A DNA stretch of 32,000 nucleotides, taken from positions 1,170,001 through 1,202,000 of the forward strand of contig OY969425.1 of assembly GCA_963699255.1 (NCBI GenBank). The letters run 5' to 3'. This DNA comes from an uncultured bacterium. GTDB taxonomy: Bacteria > Margulisbacteria > WOR-1 > CAVSGV01. Below, in pieces: positions 17,052 through 25,136 of the stretch (position 1 is its first letter; every line of letters begins with the position of its first letter). The position numbers and the translations under genes were made by a program. The notes below the pieces were generated by a model. It did no database searches and was not told the DNA's origin. It was given only the letters and a program-made list of their open reading frames with translations.

Positions 17052-17588
17052 TTATATTTTCGACACATATTTATTCCCTTTTATATAATAACGGTATAAT
17101 TTATTGGATGCTTTTGAGAGCCCTATCCTTCGGGCAGAAACAATTCGAAGTTTTTCGGGCTTTCCTTCCGCAATGACTAGATTTCCTTTTGTGAGATCCG
17201 CCCGATTGAAATGTTTGTCGATCCTGAGAGCCCTGGTGAGCTTCCCCGGGCCGTTCGTCAGCAGCTTAATGCCGCTGATAGGCTCAAGCGACCTGATCAA
17301 TACCGCGCCAGCCCTGCCGATTTTTTCAGTAACCGCATTCAGGCAAAAATGGTTGCCGTAGATGAAGTATACATACGCGTGGCCCGGTTCCTCGAACATA
17401 GGGGCGCAGCGCGGAGTCTTCCCCCTGAAAGCGTGGCTTGCGGGATCTTTCTGGAAGTAGGCTTCCGTCTCGACAATCTTACCGATCAGTTTGCGGGCGC
17501 CGATCTTCCTTACCAGATATTTGCCCAGCAGCTGCCTCGCTACAACACCGGTGTTCCTGCTGTAGAACGATCTTGAAAGGACCCTCAT
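17052..17588 (-). CDS. DNA-3-methyladenine glycosylase (AAG/MPG family)
   Basis: ARQLLGKYLVRK, GKIVETEAYFQKDPASHAFRGKTPRCAPMFEEPGHAYVYFIYGNHFCLNAVTE, AVLIRSLEPI, NGPGKLTRAL. Confidence 0.94.
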   Translation of the reverse strand: MRVLSRSFYSRNTGVVARQLLGKYLVRKIGARKLIGKIVETEAYFQKDPASHAFRGKTPRCAPMFEEPGHAYVYFIYGNHFCLNAVTEKIGRAGAVLIRSLEPISGIKLLTNGPGKLTRALRIDKHFNRADLTKGNLVIAEGKPEKLRIVSARRIGLSKASNKLYRYYIKGNKYVSKI

Positions 17589-18185
17589 TTACAATCTTGG
17601 GGTTTTTGTTCTTGGCGCAGGCGTAACGTTTTCCTTTGACGGAATTGCAGGGATAACTTCTTCCTGGATCCTCTGGATGTTTTGCTGGACAAAATCTATC
17701 TTCGGGAACATCCCGAAAATGGACAGATAAGACTTTGTAAGGGTTGGAACGGAGATCTTCTTAGAGACGGATACCGAAAAAATATCTTTAATTCCCGTCG
17801 AAAAAGGGAGCATCAGGCATATCTGGATAGCGATGCCGACTATCAGTATCCCCTGCATAAGTCCCAGCAGCGCGCCGCCAAGCGATTCCACCACGCCGAT
17901 GAAAGATACCTTCACCAGCTTCATTATATAGCCGACGAACAGCTCAAGGATCGCGAACGATATCACCCAGAATATTATGAAAGTGACCGCGTATACAGAG
18001 GTGTCCTGAACTTTTAAGAACGGCATGATCGAAGTTGAAAGCGACCTGTACATCTGTCCCGAGAAAAATATGGCAAGAAGGACCGCGAAAATATCCAGGA
18101 ACGTTTTCATTACCCCGCGCTGTACGCCGTAGAAGACAAAGGCAGCAACCGCGATCACCGCGACAACATCGATCCAGTTAATCAT
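17589..18185 (-). CDS. CvpA family membrane protein
   Basis: MINWIDVVAVIAVAAFVFYGVQRGVMKTFLDIFAVLLAIFFSGQMYRSL; four predicted hydrophobic segments. Confidence 0.82.
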   Translation of the reverse strand: MINWIDVVAVIAVAAFVFYGVQRGVMKTFLDIFAVLLAIFFSGQMYRSLSTSIMPFLKVQDTSVYAVTFIIFWVISFAILELFVGYIMKLVKVSFIGVVESLGGALLGLMQGILIVGIAIQICLMLPFSTGIKDIFSVSVSKKISVPTLTKSYLSIFGMFPKIDFVQQNIQRIQEEVIPAIPSKENVTPAPRTKTPRL

Positions 18186-18641
18186 TTATATCTTAGCTCC
18201 CTTCTCCATCTTGTGCTTTAAAGCTTTAAGCGCGGTTTTCAGTTTGGGATATTTAAGGCTCAATATCTGCGCCGCGAGGATAGCCGCATTCTTTGCGCCG
18301 CCTATCGCGACGGTCGCGACCGGAATTCCCGAAGGCATCTGTACTATAGAGTAAAGCGAATCGAACCCCGACAGCGACTTTGTTTCGATCGGAACTCCGA
18401 TGACCGGAAGAATGGTATTTGCCGCAACAACACCGGGAAGATGAGCCGCTCCTCCAGCCGCGGCGATCACAAGATCATACTTTGAAGCGGCGGCAGAGGC
18501 TATCTTTGAAACTTTCTTTGGATTCCTGTGGGCAGAAGCGACTATCAGATCAAAAGGGATCTTGAATTGGGCAAGAAGTTTCTTGGTCCCATCCATTTGA
18601 GGGATGTCGGAGCCGCTACCAAGAATAACTAATATTCTCAT
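18186..18641 (-). CDS. purE: 5-(carboxyamino)imidazole ribonucleotide mutase
   Basis: ILGSGSDIPQM, VASAHRNPKKV, VIAAAGGAAHLPGVVAANTILPVIGVPI, LYSIVQMPSGIPVATVAIGGAKNAAILAAQIL. Confidence 0.95.
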   Translation of the reverse strand: MRILVILGSGSDIPQMDGTKKLLAQFKIPFDLIVASAHRNPKKVSKIASAAASKYDLVIAAAGGAAHLPGVVAANTILPVIGVPIETKSLSGFDSLYSIVQMPSGIPVATVAIGGAKNAAILAAQILSLKYPKLKTALKALKHKMEKGAKI

Positions 18642-18657
18642 AAAATAAATTCTTCCT

Positions 18658-18694
18658 CAATTGTTCATTGTGAAATTGTTAATTGTGTCATTGC
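18658..18694. repeat. Phrase-like A/T-rich intergenic repeat (CAATTGTTCATTGTGAAATTGTTAATTGTGTCATTGCC)
   Basis: Quasi-periodic ATTGT units in the purE/homocitrate-synthase-like gap; word usage matches elements at 10891-11010 and 19985-20164. Confidence 0.6.
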
Positions 18695-18697
18695 CTA

Positions 18698-19930
18698 TTA
18701 GGGAGCGACCGTCATTATCTTTCTTGCCTGTTCAGGATATTTTGCGACGAACAGGAGCTCTCTTTTCGTCAACGGTTTTTGCGTGTGTACATTGGCATAT
18801 CTGACCAGCTCGAGCACCCTTTCCGCTTCCGCGTCGTCCTTGAATACGACCTCAAGGTTGCCGAAAACATTCCTGAACCCTTTTATGCCGCTGTATTCGC
18901 CGACCGTTATCATTCGCCCCGTCTCAACATATTCGGGCTGGCCCCGTCCCAGTTCTTCGTACTCATAGAGTTCATAGTTCCTTCTGTCCTTCAGCGCGCC
19001 GTCGGCATGAATGCCGGACTCATGGGCAAAAGCGTTCGCTCCCACGCCCACCTGATTGATCGGGATGGGTATCCTGAAAGCATAAGAGGCATAATTCGCT
19101 ATCTCCCATGATCTTAAAAGGTCGACGCCTTCCGGATAATAGCCCTTGCCGGTCAAACCGCTTGAATACTTCAAGGCCAGCAGGACCGACAGCATGTCGG
19201 CATTTCCCGCCCGCTCACCGACCCCGTTCACGGTCGTGTTTATATACGCATCCTGGCCCGCATCAACAGCGCCTCTCGCCCCTTCAATGGAGCACGCAAC
19301 AGCCATTCCCAGATCATTATGGCAGTGAAGTTCTATGGGCATTTTCGTTTTGGTCGCAAGTTCATATATCCTGTCATATATCGTTTTCGGATCATCAGCG
19401 CCAAGAGTGTCGCAGTACCTTAATCGTTTTGCTCCCGCGGCTTTTCCGGCCTGGCCGAAACTGACAAGAAAATCCATGTCGGAACGGGAAGCATCTTCAG
19501 CATTTATGCCGACCGTTTCCGCCCCGTAGCCATATGCCGCTTTTACGGCCTCCTCTATCTTATTGATGACCTGTGTCTTGCTCATTTTTCCCAGGAATTT
19601 GCTCTCAAGCATTATGTTCGACGTTGACATCGAAAGGTTCAGGTGCTTGATCTTTGGGACCAGGTTGAAAGCGAGGTCAACATCTTTCTTTATCCCCCTG
19701 CACCAGCCTTCGAGCCTTATGGGTTTAAGTGCGCCCATTTCGGCAAGTTCAAGGTTCGCATTAAGATAATTCGTTTCGTGCTTCGTGAAAGGGAATCCGA
19801 ATTCCGACTGAAAGATCCCCATCTCGTTCAGCATCATATTTATGATCGTCTTTTCAAGCTTCGCCAGACCGAGCCGCGATGTCTGCACCCCGTCCCTGTT
19901 CGTTACGTCAATTATATAAACTTTCGGCAT
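18698..19930 (-). CDS. Homocitrate/isopropylmalate/(Re)-citrate synthase-like condensing enzyme
   Basis: DVTNRDGVQTSRLGLAKLEK, LRYCDTLGADDPKTIYDRI, IELHCHNDLGMAVACSIEGARGAVD, INTTVNGVGERAGNADM, HESGIHADG. Confidence 0.85.
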   Translation of the reverse strand: MPKVYIIDVTNRDGVQTSRLGLAKLEKTIINMMLNEMGIFQSEFGFPFTKHETNYLNANLELAEMGALKPIRLEGWCRGIKKDVDLAFNLVPKIKHLNLSMSTSNIMLESKFLGKMSKTQVINKIEEAVKAAYGYGAETVGINAEDASRSDMDFLVSFGQAGKAAGAKRLRYCDTLGADDPKTIYDRIYELATKTKMPIELHCHNDLGMAVACSIEGARGAVDAGQDAYINTTVNGVGERAGNADMLSVLLALKYSSGLTGKGYYPEGVDLLRSWEIANYASYAFRIPIPINQVGVGANAFAHESGIHADGALKDRRNYELYEYEELGRGQPEYVETGRMITVGEYSGIKGFRNVFGNLEVVFKDDAEAERVLELVRYANVHTQKPLTKRELLFVAKYPEQARKIMTVAP

Positions 19931-19984
19931 TAATATGATCTCCTTCTAATTGTAAACTGTGAGGCCATTATAACTTATCAAAAA

Positions 19985-20164
19985 AAAAATTACAAATTAC
20001 AATACACAAACCACAAGCAATGATGTCACCCTGAACTTGTTTCAGGGTCTGAAAATGCAGATGCCGAAATAAATTCGGCATGACAGTTGGGACAGGCGGG
20101 TTTGTTTTGTTCATTGTATATTGTGATTTGTTTGTGGTTTGGGATTTGTATATTGTGATTTTAT
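19985..20164. repeat. Composite palindromic element: outer CACAAACCACAA/TTGTGGTTTG arms
   Basis: Left arm AAAAATTACAAATTACAATACACAAACCACAA; right arm TTGTATATTGTGATTTGTTTGTGGTTTGGGATTTGTATATTGTGATTTTAT is roughly its reverse complement. Confidence 0.7.
20024..20085. repeat. Nested palindromic repeat of TGTCACCCTGAACTTGTTTCAGGGTCT...GATGCCGAAATAAATTCGGCATGACA type
   Basis: Outer TGTCA/TGACA ends, internal CCCTGAACTTGTTTCAGGG and TGCCGAAATAAATTCGGCA hairpins. Confidence 0.75.
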
Positions 20165-21084
20165 CTGTATTCTTCCGATGACTGATAATACCTGAACCAG
20201 ATATTGACTATGCCGATCATCACGATAAGCAACAGGACGGAGGTCGCCGCTCCAGATCCGAAGTCCCACCTCTGGAAGGAATTCCTGAATATGTCCGTCA
20301 TCATGAGATCGCCCCATTGGCCGGGGAAGCCGGCGCCAAAACCGAACATCATGATGACAATATTAAATGAATATACGTTATATATAAGGCCGAAAAGTAT
20401 AAGGATGGCCCAAACTGGCCTCAGGAGCGGGAAAGTGATCATCCAGAATTTCCTCCAGGGCGACGCCCCGTCAATATCCGCCGCTTCATAGAGCTCGTCA
20501 GGTATCGTCTGAAGGCCCGCAAGAAGCATCAGCATTGAAAGCGGCCAGTATCTCCAGACGGTCGGGATGATTATCGCCCATAGGGTATTCGGCCCGAGAA
20601 GCCAGAAAGGTTTTGATGGAAGAATGTGCAGAACATCAACAAGAACAATATTTATGATCCCGATATTCTTCTGCCACATGAATCCCCAGAGAAGCCCGGT
20701 AACATACGTTGGCACTATCCACGGGAACAGGAAAAGCGTTCTGATGAGCGATCGGCCCCTGAATTTCCTGTTCACCATGAGCGCCACCATAAGCCCGACC
20801 CACAGCGTTCCAAGCGTTACGACTATCGTGTATATAACGGTATTCCTGACAGCTTCCAGAAGCCCGATCCTCATGGGGCTTTGCGCGTTCACCAGCACAT
20901 TATAATAATTTTGGAACCCTACGAAAGGCGCGAGAAGATAGCTGCCCAGCGTGAACTGATCAAGCCTCAGGAAAGACATGTAAACCCCCTGGACGATGGG
21001 CAGGAAATGAAGGAAGAACATCGCTATCCCCGTGGGAAGCAGGAACATGTAAGCGAATTTATTCTTTTTAATTTGTTTCCACAT
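20161..21084 (-). CDS. Sugar ABC transporter permease (MalF-like)
   Basis: FAYMFLLPTGIAMFFLHFLPIVQGVYMSF; EAADIDGASPWRKFWMITFPLLRPVWAILILF (EAA loop). Confidence 0.92.
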   Translation of the reverse strand: MWKQIKKNKFAYMFLLPTGIAMFFLHFLPIVQGVYMSFLRLDQFTLGSYLLAPFVGFQNYYNVLVNAQSPMRIGLLEAVRNTVIYTIVVTLGTLWVGLMVALMVNRKFRGRSLIRTLFLFPWIVPTYVTGLLWGFMWQKNIGIINIVLVDVLHILPSKPFWLLGPNTLWAIIIPTVWRYWPLSMLMLLAGLQTIPDELYEAADIDGASPWRKFWMITFPLLRPVWAILILFGLIYNVYSFNIVIMMFGFGAGFPGQWGDLMMTDIFRNSFQRWDFGSGAATSVLLLIVMIGIVNIWFRYYQSSEEYR

Positions 21085-21124
21085 CAGGTCAGGAATTATA
21101 CCTTATAAAAGCATGGAAATGCAA

Positions 21125-21204
21125 GAGATGTGAGACGCGACGTGCGAGATGTGAAAAAGATCTCATCTCACATCTCTCATCTCACATCTCTCATCTCACA
21201 TCTC
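21125..21204. repeat. GAGATGTGAGA-type palindromic phrase repeat
   Basis: Left arm GAGATGTGAGACGCGACGTGCGAGATGTGA (21125-21154), short AAAAGA loop, right arm TCTCATCTCACATCTCTCATCTCACATCTCTCATCTCACATCTC (21161-21204). Confidence 0.8.
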
Positions 21205-21278
21205 CGGTCCGGCCTTGCCCCTTAGATGAAATTTTGATATAATAACGTCGGTTTTCTAAAGACAAAAGGAGGAAAATC

Positions 21279-22613
21279 GTGCGCAAATATCTAGCTCTGC
21301 TGCTCATCGTATTATTCTCAATTTCCATTATGGGATGCGGGAAAGCAAAGGAAGAACCCGGAAAAGCCACTGTGCAGATGTGGGTCATGCCAAACTCCCT
21401 GGAGCCCATAGCGGATATAGAAGCTCTCCTGAAAGATTTTGAGAAAGATAACCCGGGAATAAAAGTAAAGGTAACATCGGTTGACTGGGGCGCGGCCTGG
21501 ACCAAGATAACAACGGCGGCAACCTCGGGAGATGTCCCGGACCTTGTTCAGATAGGTTCCACGTGGGTCGGCTCAATCTCCGGCATGGGCTCTCTGCTGG
21601 ACCTGAAGGACAGGGTCGCGGAACTTGGAGGAAAGAACGTGTTCGTTCCCGCCGCGTGGAAATCGACCGGCATAGAGGGATCCGGTCAGGTCACCGCGAT
21701 CCCGTGGTTCATGGATGCGAGGGCGATGTATTACAGAACGGATGTCCTGAGGGAAGCAAAAGTCGACCCAAAAGAGCTTGATAACTGGCAGTCATTTGGA
21801 AAAGCGCTTAAGAAGATCAGTGACGCAAAAGTATCGATCGACGGCCTTGATATTTCACCGCTAGGAATATCAGGCAAGAACGACTGGAACGTGATACACA
21901 ACCTTGCTCCGTGGATATGGGGAGCCGGCGGAGACTTTATCGGAAAAGACAGGAAAAGCTCAGTGATAAATTCAAAGGAATCGCTGAACGGGATCTTGTA
22001 TTACATAAGTCTCGTGAAGAACGGTTATGTTCCCATCGAATATCTTGAATTGAACACGGCCCAGGTGTCGTCGAATTTCAATAACGGCTCCTGTGCCATA
22101 TATTTTGACGGACCCTACGAAGTGAAAACCCTGACAACGCCTCCGGGACAGGGAGGAGCAGCCGGCTCGCTTACTTCAAGGAATTTCGCCGTCGCTCCTT
22201 ATCCGAGCGGGCCCAGAGGAAGGGTCGCCTTTATCGGCGGGTCGAACCTGGGGATATTCAAGCTTGCCAAGCATCCGAACGAAGCTTTCAAGGTCATTCA
22301 ATATTTGACCTCAAAACAGTCTCAGGTAAGTTACGCGAAAACCACGGGATTCCTTCCCGCGAGGCGCGACGCGTTCGACGACCCGTTCTTCTCCGCCGAC
22401 CCGAACAGGCGGGTGTTCAAGGAAGCGGTGCTGTATGGAAAGACCTATCCGTGCATTCCCGCATGGGGCCTTCTTGAGCCGGTCCTCACAAGGCGGTTCG
22501 GGATAATGTGGGAATACGTGACGAACACGTTCGGGGACGGTTTCAAACAGTCGGAAATAAAAAAGCAGCTTGATCTTGCAAAGATCGAAATAGATGGAGT
22601 ATTAAAGCAATGA
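21279..22613 (+). CDS. Sugar ABC transporter substrate-binding lipoprotein (family 1)
   Basis: Lipobox ISIMGCGKAKEE; TVQMWVMPNS, FEKDNPGIKVKVTSVDWGAAWTKITTAATSGDVPDLVQIGSTW. Confidence 0.92.
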   Translation: MRKYLALLLIVLFSISIMGCGKAKEEPGKATVQMWVMPNSLEPIADIEALLKDFEKDNPGIKVKVTSVDWGAAWTKITTAATSGDVPDLVQIGSTWVGSISGMGSLLDLKDRVAELGGKNVFVPAAWKSTGIEGSGQVTAIPWFMDARAMYYRTDVLREAKVDPKELDNWQSFGKALKKISDAKVSIDGLDISPLGISGKNDWNVIHNLAPWIWGAGGDFIGKDRKSSVINSKESLNGILYYISLVKNGYVPIEYLELNTAQVSSNFNNGSCAIYFDGPYEVKTLTTPPGQGGAAGSLTSRNFAVAPYPSGPRGRVAFIGGSNLGIFKLAKHPNEAFKVIQYLTSKQSQVSYAKTTGFLPARRDAFDDPFFSADPNRRVFKEAVLYGKTYPCIPAWGLLEPVLTRRFGIMWEYVTNTFGDGFKQSEIKKQLDLAKIEIDGVLKQ

Positions 22614-22696
22614 CCAATTTGCAATGTCAAATTAATGGCCAATGTCCAATCACTCAATTGGAAATTAATTTGGATTTGGTCATTGGTAATTGGTGA
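22609..22696. repeat. CCAATGACCAATGTCC-type palindromic phrase repeat
   Basis: ACCAATTTGCAATGTCAAATTAATGGCCAATGTCCAATC ... GGATTTGGTCATTGGTAATTGGTGA; fills nearly the whole gap before glmS. Confidence 0.7.
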
Positions 22697-22705
22697 TTTA
22701 AACTT

Positions 22706-24541
22706 ATGTGCGGCATTTTTGGTTACGTCGGCAATAAAGAATGCATCTCCCTTTTAATAGAAGGCTTGAAGAAGCTTGAGTACAGGGGATATGATTCTGC
22801 CGGCGTCGCGGTCATAAACAATGACCTTTTGATAGTTGAAAAATGCGCGGGAAAAATAACTGAACTTGAAAAACTCCTGGATGGCAATTCTCCCATAGAC
22901 AGCCGCATTGGCATAGCCCACACGCGCTGGGCGACCCACGGCAGGCCTTCCAGCGAGAACAGCCACCCCCATACCGACTGCAAGGACGAAATAGCCGTGG
23001 TCCACAACGGGATCGTCGAGAATTACCTCCAGATAAGACGGGACCTTGCCGCCGACGGACATGTTTTCAAATCCACCACTGACACTGAAGTTATCGCTCA
23101 CCTTATAGAAAAGAACCTTAACTCCGGACCCGCTTCACTGGAAGAGGCCGTAAGGAAAACGGTGAGGGAGCTGGATGGTTCCTTCGCGATCGCTGTCGTA
23201 TCAAAGAACGAGCCGGACAAGATAATAGTCGCAAAACGCGGAAGCCCGTTGAAGATCGGGCTGGGCGACGGCGAAACTTTTATCGCTTCCGATATCCCGG
23301 CACTGATCAAATACACCAGCAGAGTGATCTTCCTGGGCGAGGAAGAAATGGCCGTTGTAACGAAGCTCGGCGCGAAGGTCACCGATTTTGCCGGAAACCC
23401 GGTATCCAAGGAAGTGACCCTGGTATCTTGGGATCCTGTATCCGCCGAAAAAGGCGGGTACGCGCATTTCATGCTGAAGGAGATCCACGAGCAGCCGGGC
23501 GCCATCAGGGATACGATAGCTGACAGGATAAAGGACAATAACATACACTTTGAAGAACTTGGGATCGACAAAAAAGAACTGGCCAAGGTCAACAGGGTCG
23601 TTTTCACGGCCTGCGGGACAAGCTGGCATGCGGGACTTATCGGTGAATATTTGATCGAACAGTTCGTGAAGATTCCCTGCGAGGTGGAATATGCCGCGGA
23701 ATTCAGGTACAGGCACCCGGTCGTGGACAGCAACACCCTTGTCATAGCGATAAGCCAGTCAGGCGAGACGGCGGACACGATGGGAGCGGTGTGGGAAGCA
23801 AAATCACGGGGCGCCAAGGTATTGTCGATATGTAATGTCGTGGGAAGCTCCATCGCAAGAGAATCTGACGGCGTCCTGTACACTTACGCGGGGCCGGAAA
23901 TAGGGGTCGCCTCCACTAAAGCGTTCACCACGCAGATCGTGGTGATCTATCTTTTCTCAATAATGCTGGGCGTCTTAAAGAACAACATAACTCCAAGCGA
24001 AGCGGAAAAAATGATGAAGGACCTCTTTGAGCTTCCTCAGAAGGTGGAGCTTATTCTCATGAACGAGAGCAAGGTGGAAGCTCTTGCCGAAAAACTATAC
24101 AAGAGCACGAACGCGCTTTACCTGGGGCGCGGCAAAGGTTTTCCGATAGCTCTCGAAGGAGCGTTAAAGCTGAAAGAGGTCTCGTATATACACGCTGAGG
24201 GATATCCGGCGGCGGAAATGAAGCACGGCCCTATCGCTCTTATAGACAAGAACATGCCTGTGGTTGTTATTGCCTTGAGAGGGCGCCGCTACGATAAGAT
24301 CCTGGGAAATATCGAAGAGGTCAAAGCAAGAGGCGGGTATGTTGTCGCTATTGCCGTGGACGGCGACACAGAAATAAAAGAAAAGGCTGACGACATATTC
24401 TATATTCCCCATACAACGGAGTCGCTATCCCCTATTCTTGCCGTCATTCCGCTGCAGCTTCTAGCTTATTACATAGCGATAAAGAGAGGCTGCCACGTGG
24501 ACCAGCCGAGGAACCTGGCAAAAAGCGTCACCGTAGAATAG
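22706..24541 (+). CDS. glmS: Glutamine--fructose-6-phosphate aminotransferase (isomerizing)
   Basis: MCGIFGYVG, LEYRGYDSAGVAV, HTRWATHGRPSSENSHPH, ACGTSWHAG, ISQSGETADT, LAKSVTVE C-terminus. Confidence 0.97.
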   Translation: MCGIFGYVGNKECISLLIEGLKKLEYRGYDSAGVAVINNDLLIVEKCAGKITELEKLLDGNSPIDSRIGIAHTRWATHGRPSSENSHPHTDCKDEIAVVHNGIVENYLQIRRDLAADGHVFKSTTDTEVIAHLIEKNLNSGPASLEEAVRKTVRELDGSFAIAVVSKNEPDKIIVAKRGSPLKIGLGDGETFIASDIPALIKYTSRVIFLGEEEMAVVTKLGAKVTDFAGNPVSKEVTLVSWDPVSAEKGGYAHFMLKEIHEQPGAIRDTIADRIKDNNIHFEELGIDKKELAKVNRVVFTACGTSWHAGLIGEYLIEQFVKIPCEVEYAAEFRYRHPVVDSNTLVIAISQSGETADTMGAVWEAKSRGAKVLSICNVVGSSIARESDGVLYTYAGPEIGVASTKAFTTQIVVIYLFSIMLGVLKNNITPSEAEKMMKDLFELPQKVELILMNESKVEALAEKLYKSTNALYLGRGKGFPIALEGALKLKEVSYIHAEGYPAAEMKHGPIALIDKNMPVVVIALRGRRYDKILGNIEEVKARGGYVVAIAVDGDTEIKEKADDIFYIPHTTESLSPILAVIPLQLLAYYIAIKRGCHVDQPRNLAKSVTVE

Positions 24542-24545
24542 GGCT

Positions 24546-24926
24546 TTAAATTCCTTCCCCTTTTACATCTACATCTGTATTGAATACTAAGAGTTTCCCT
24601 ACCTGAATAAATTTAGCCTCTATGTTATTCTTTTTAAGGATCGCTATCAACCCATCCGCGTCTTTCCCTGTTATTCCGTTACCTTTTACTGTAATTTGAT
24701 ATTTTCCGCCAATGGTCTTTACAGTGACAAGCGCGTTAGGATCCGTCTTTGTTACATCATTCACCGTCGCCTTTGCCCCGTTATGGATTATTTTAGGGGC
24801 ATTGTAAAACACATCATGTGAAACATATTTAACTCCATCCACCATTTCTCCGCCATTATCTGAAGGTATATTCACCTTGATCGGCTGATTCGACTGGATC
24901 GAATCGGACCTAATTGGATCTGCCAT
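24546..24926 (-). CDS. Hypothetical small protein, about 126 aa
   Basis: ATG at 24926-24924 (MADPIRSDSIQSNQP...) with upstream GGAGGTG on the minus strand; the longer ORF start at 24974 is less likely. Confidence 0.6.
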   Translation of the reverse strand: MADPIRSDSIQSNQPIKVNIPSDNGGEMVDGVKYVSHDVFYNAPKIIHNGAKATVNDVTKTDPNALVTVKTIGGKYQITVKGNGITGKDADGLIAILKKNNIEAKFIQVGKLLVFNTDVDVKGEGI

Positions 24927-25097
24927 AATACCATCACCTCCACTAGTAATATTTTGCTCCCACTTCATAACCATTCAAGCAAGGACCGGAATTGTCTTAC
25001 TTGATCCCTCTCCATATTATATATCGACAAATTCCCGCGAGAATTTCAAATATTTTAAAATTCGTTCGGGAATGTTTCAGGGTATGGGGTTCAGATT

Positions 25098-25125
25098 TTG
25101 AGGTTTGGGGTTTTTACTGTATAAT
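25098..25125 (+). promoter_or_regulatory. Candidate sigma70-type promoter for the carbohydrate gene block
   Basis: TTGAGG (25098-25103), 16-nt spacer, TATAAT (25120-25125), 11 nt before ATG at 25137, so any transcript would have a very short leader. Confidence 0.35.
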
Positions 25126-25136
25126 TACCTTTATAT

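Noticed and set aside
10891-21204. Possible CRISPR arrays at the word-like repeats
   Set aside because: Repeat units are 6-12 nt, degenerate, without regularly sized unique spacers, and no cas genes are present.
23098-23883. 261-aa and overlapping 171-aa minus-strand ORFs opposite glmS
   Set aside because: Both lie inside glmS; low-complexity serine/isoleucine-rich translations typical of antisense reading.
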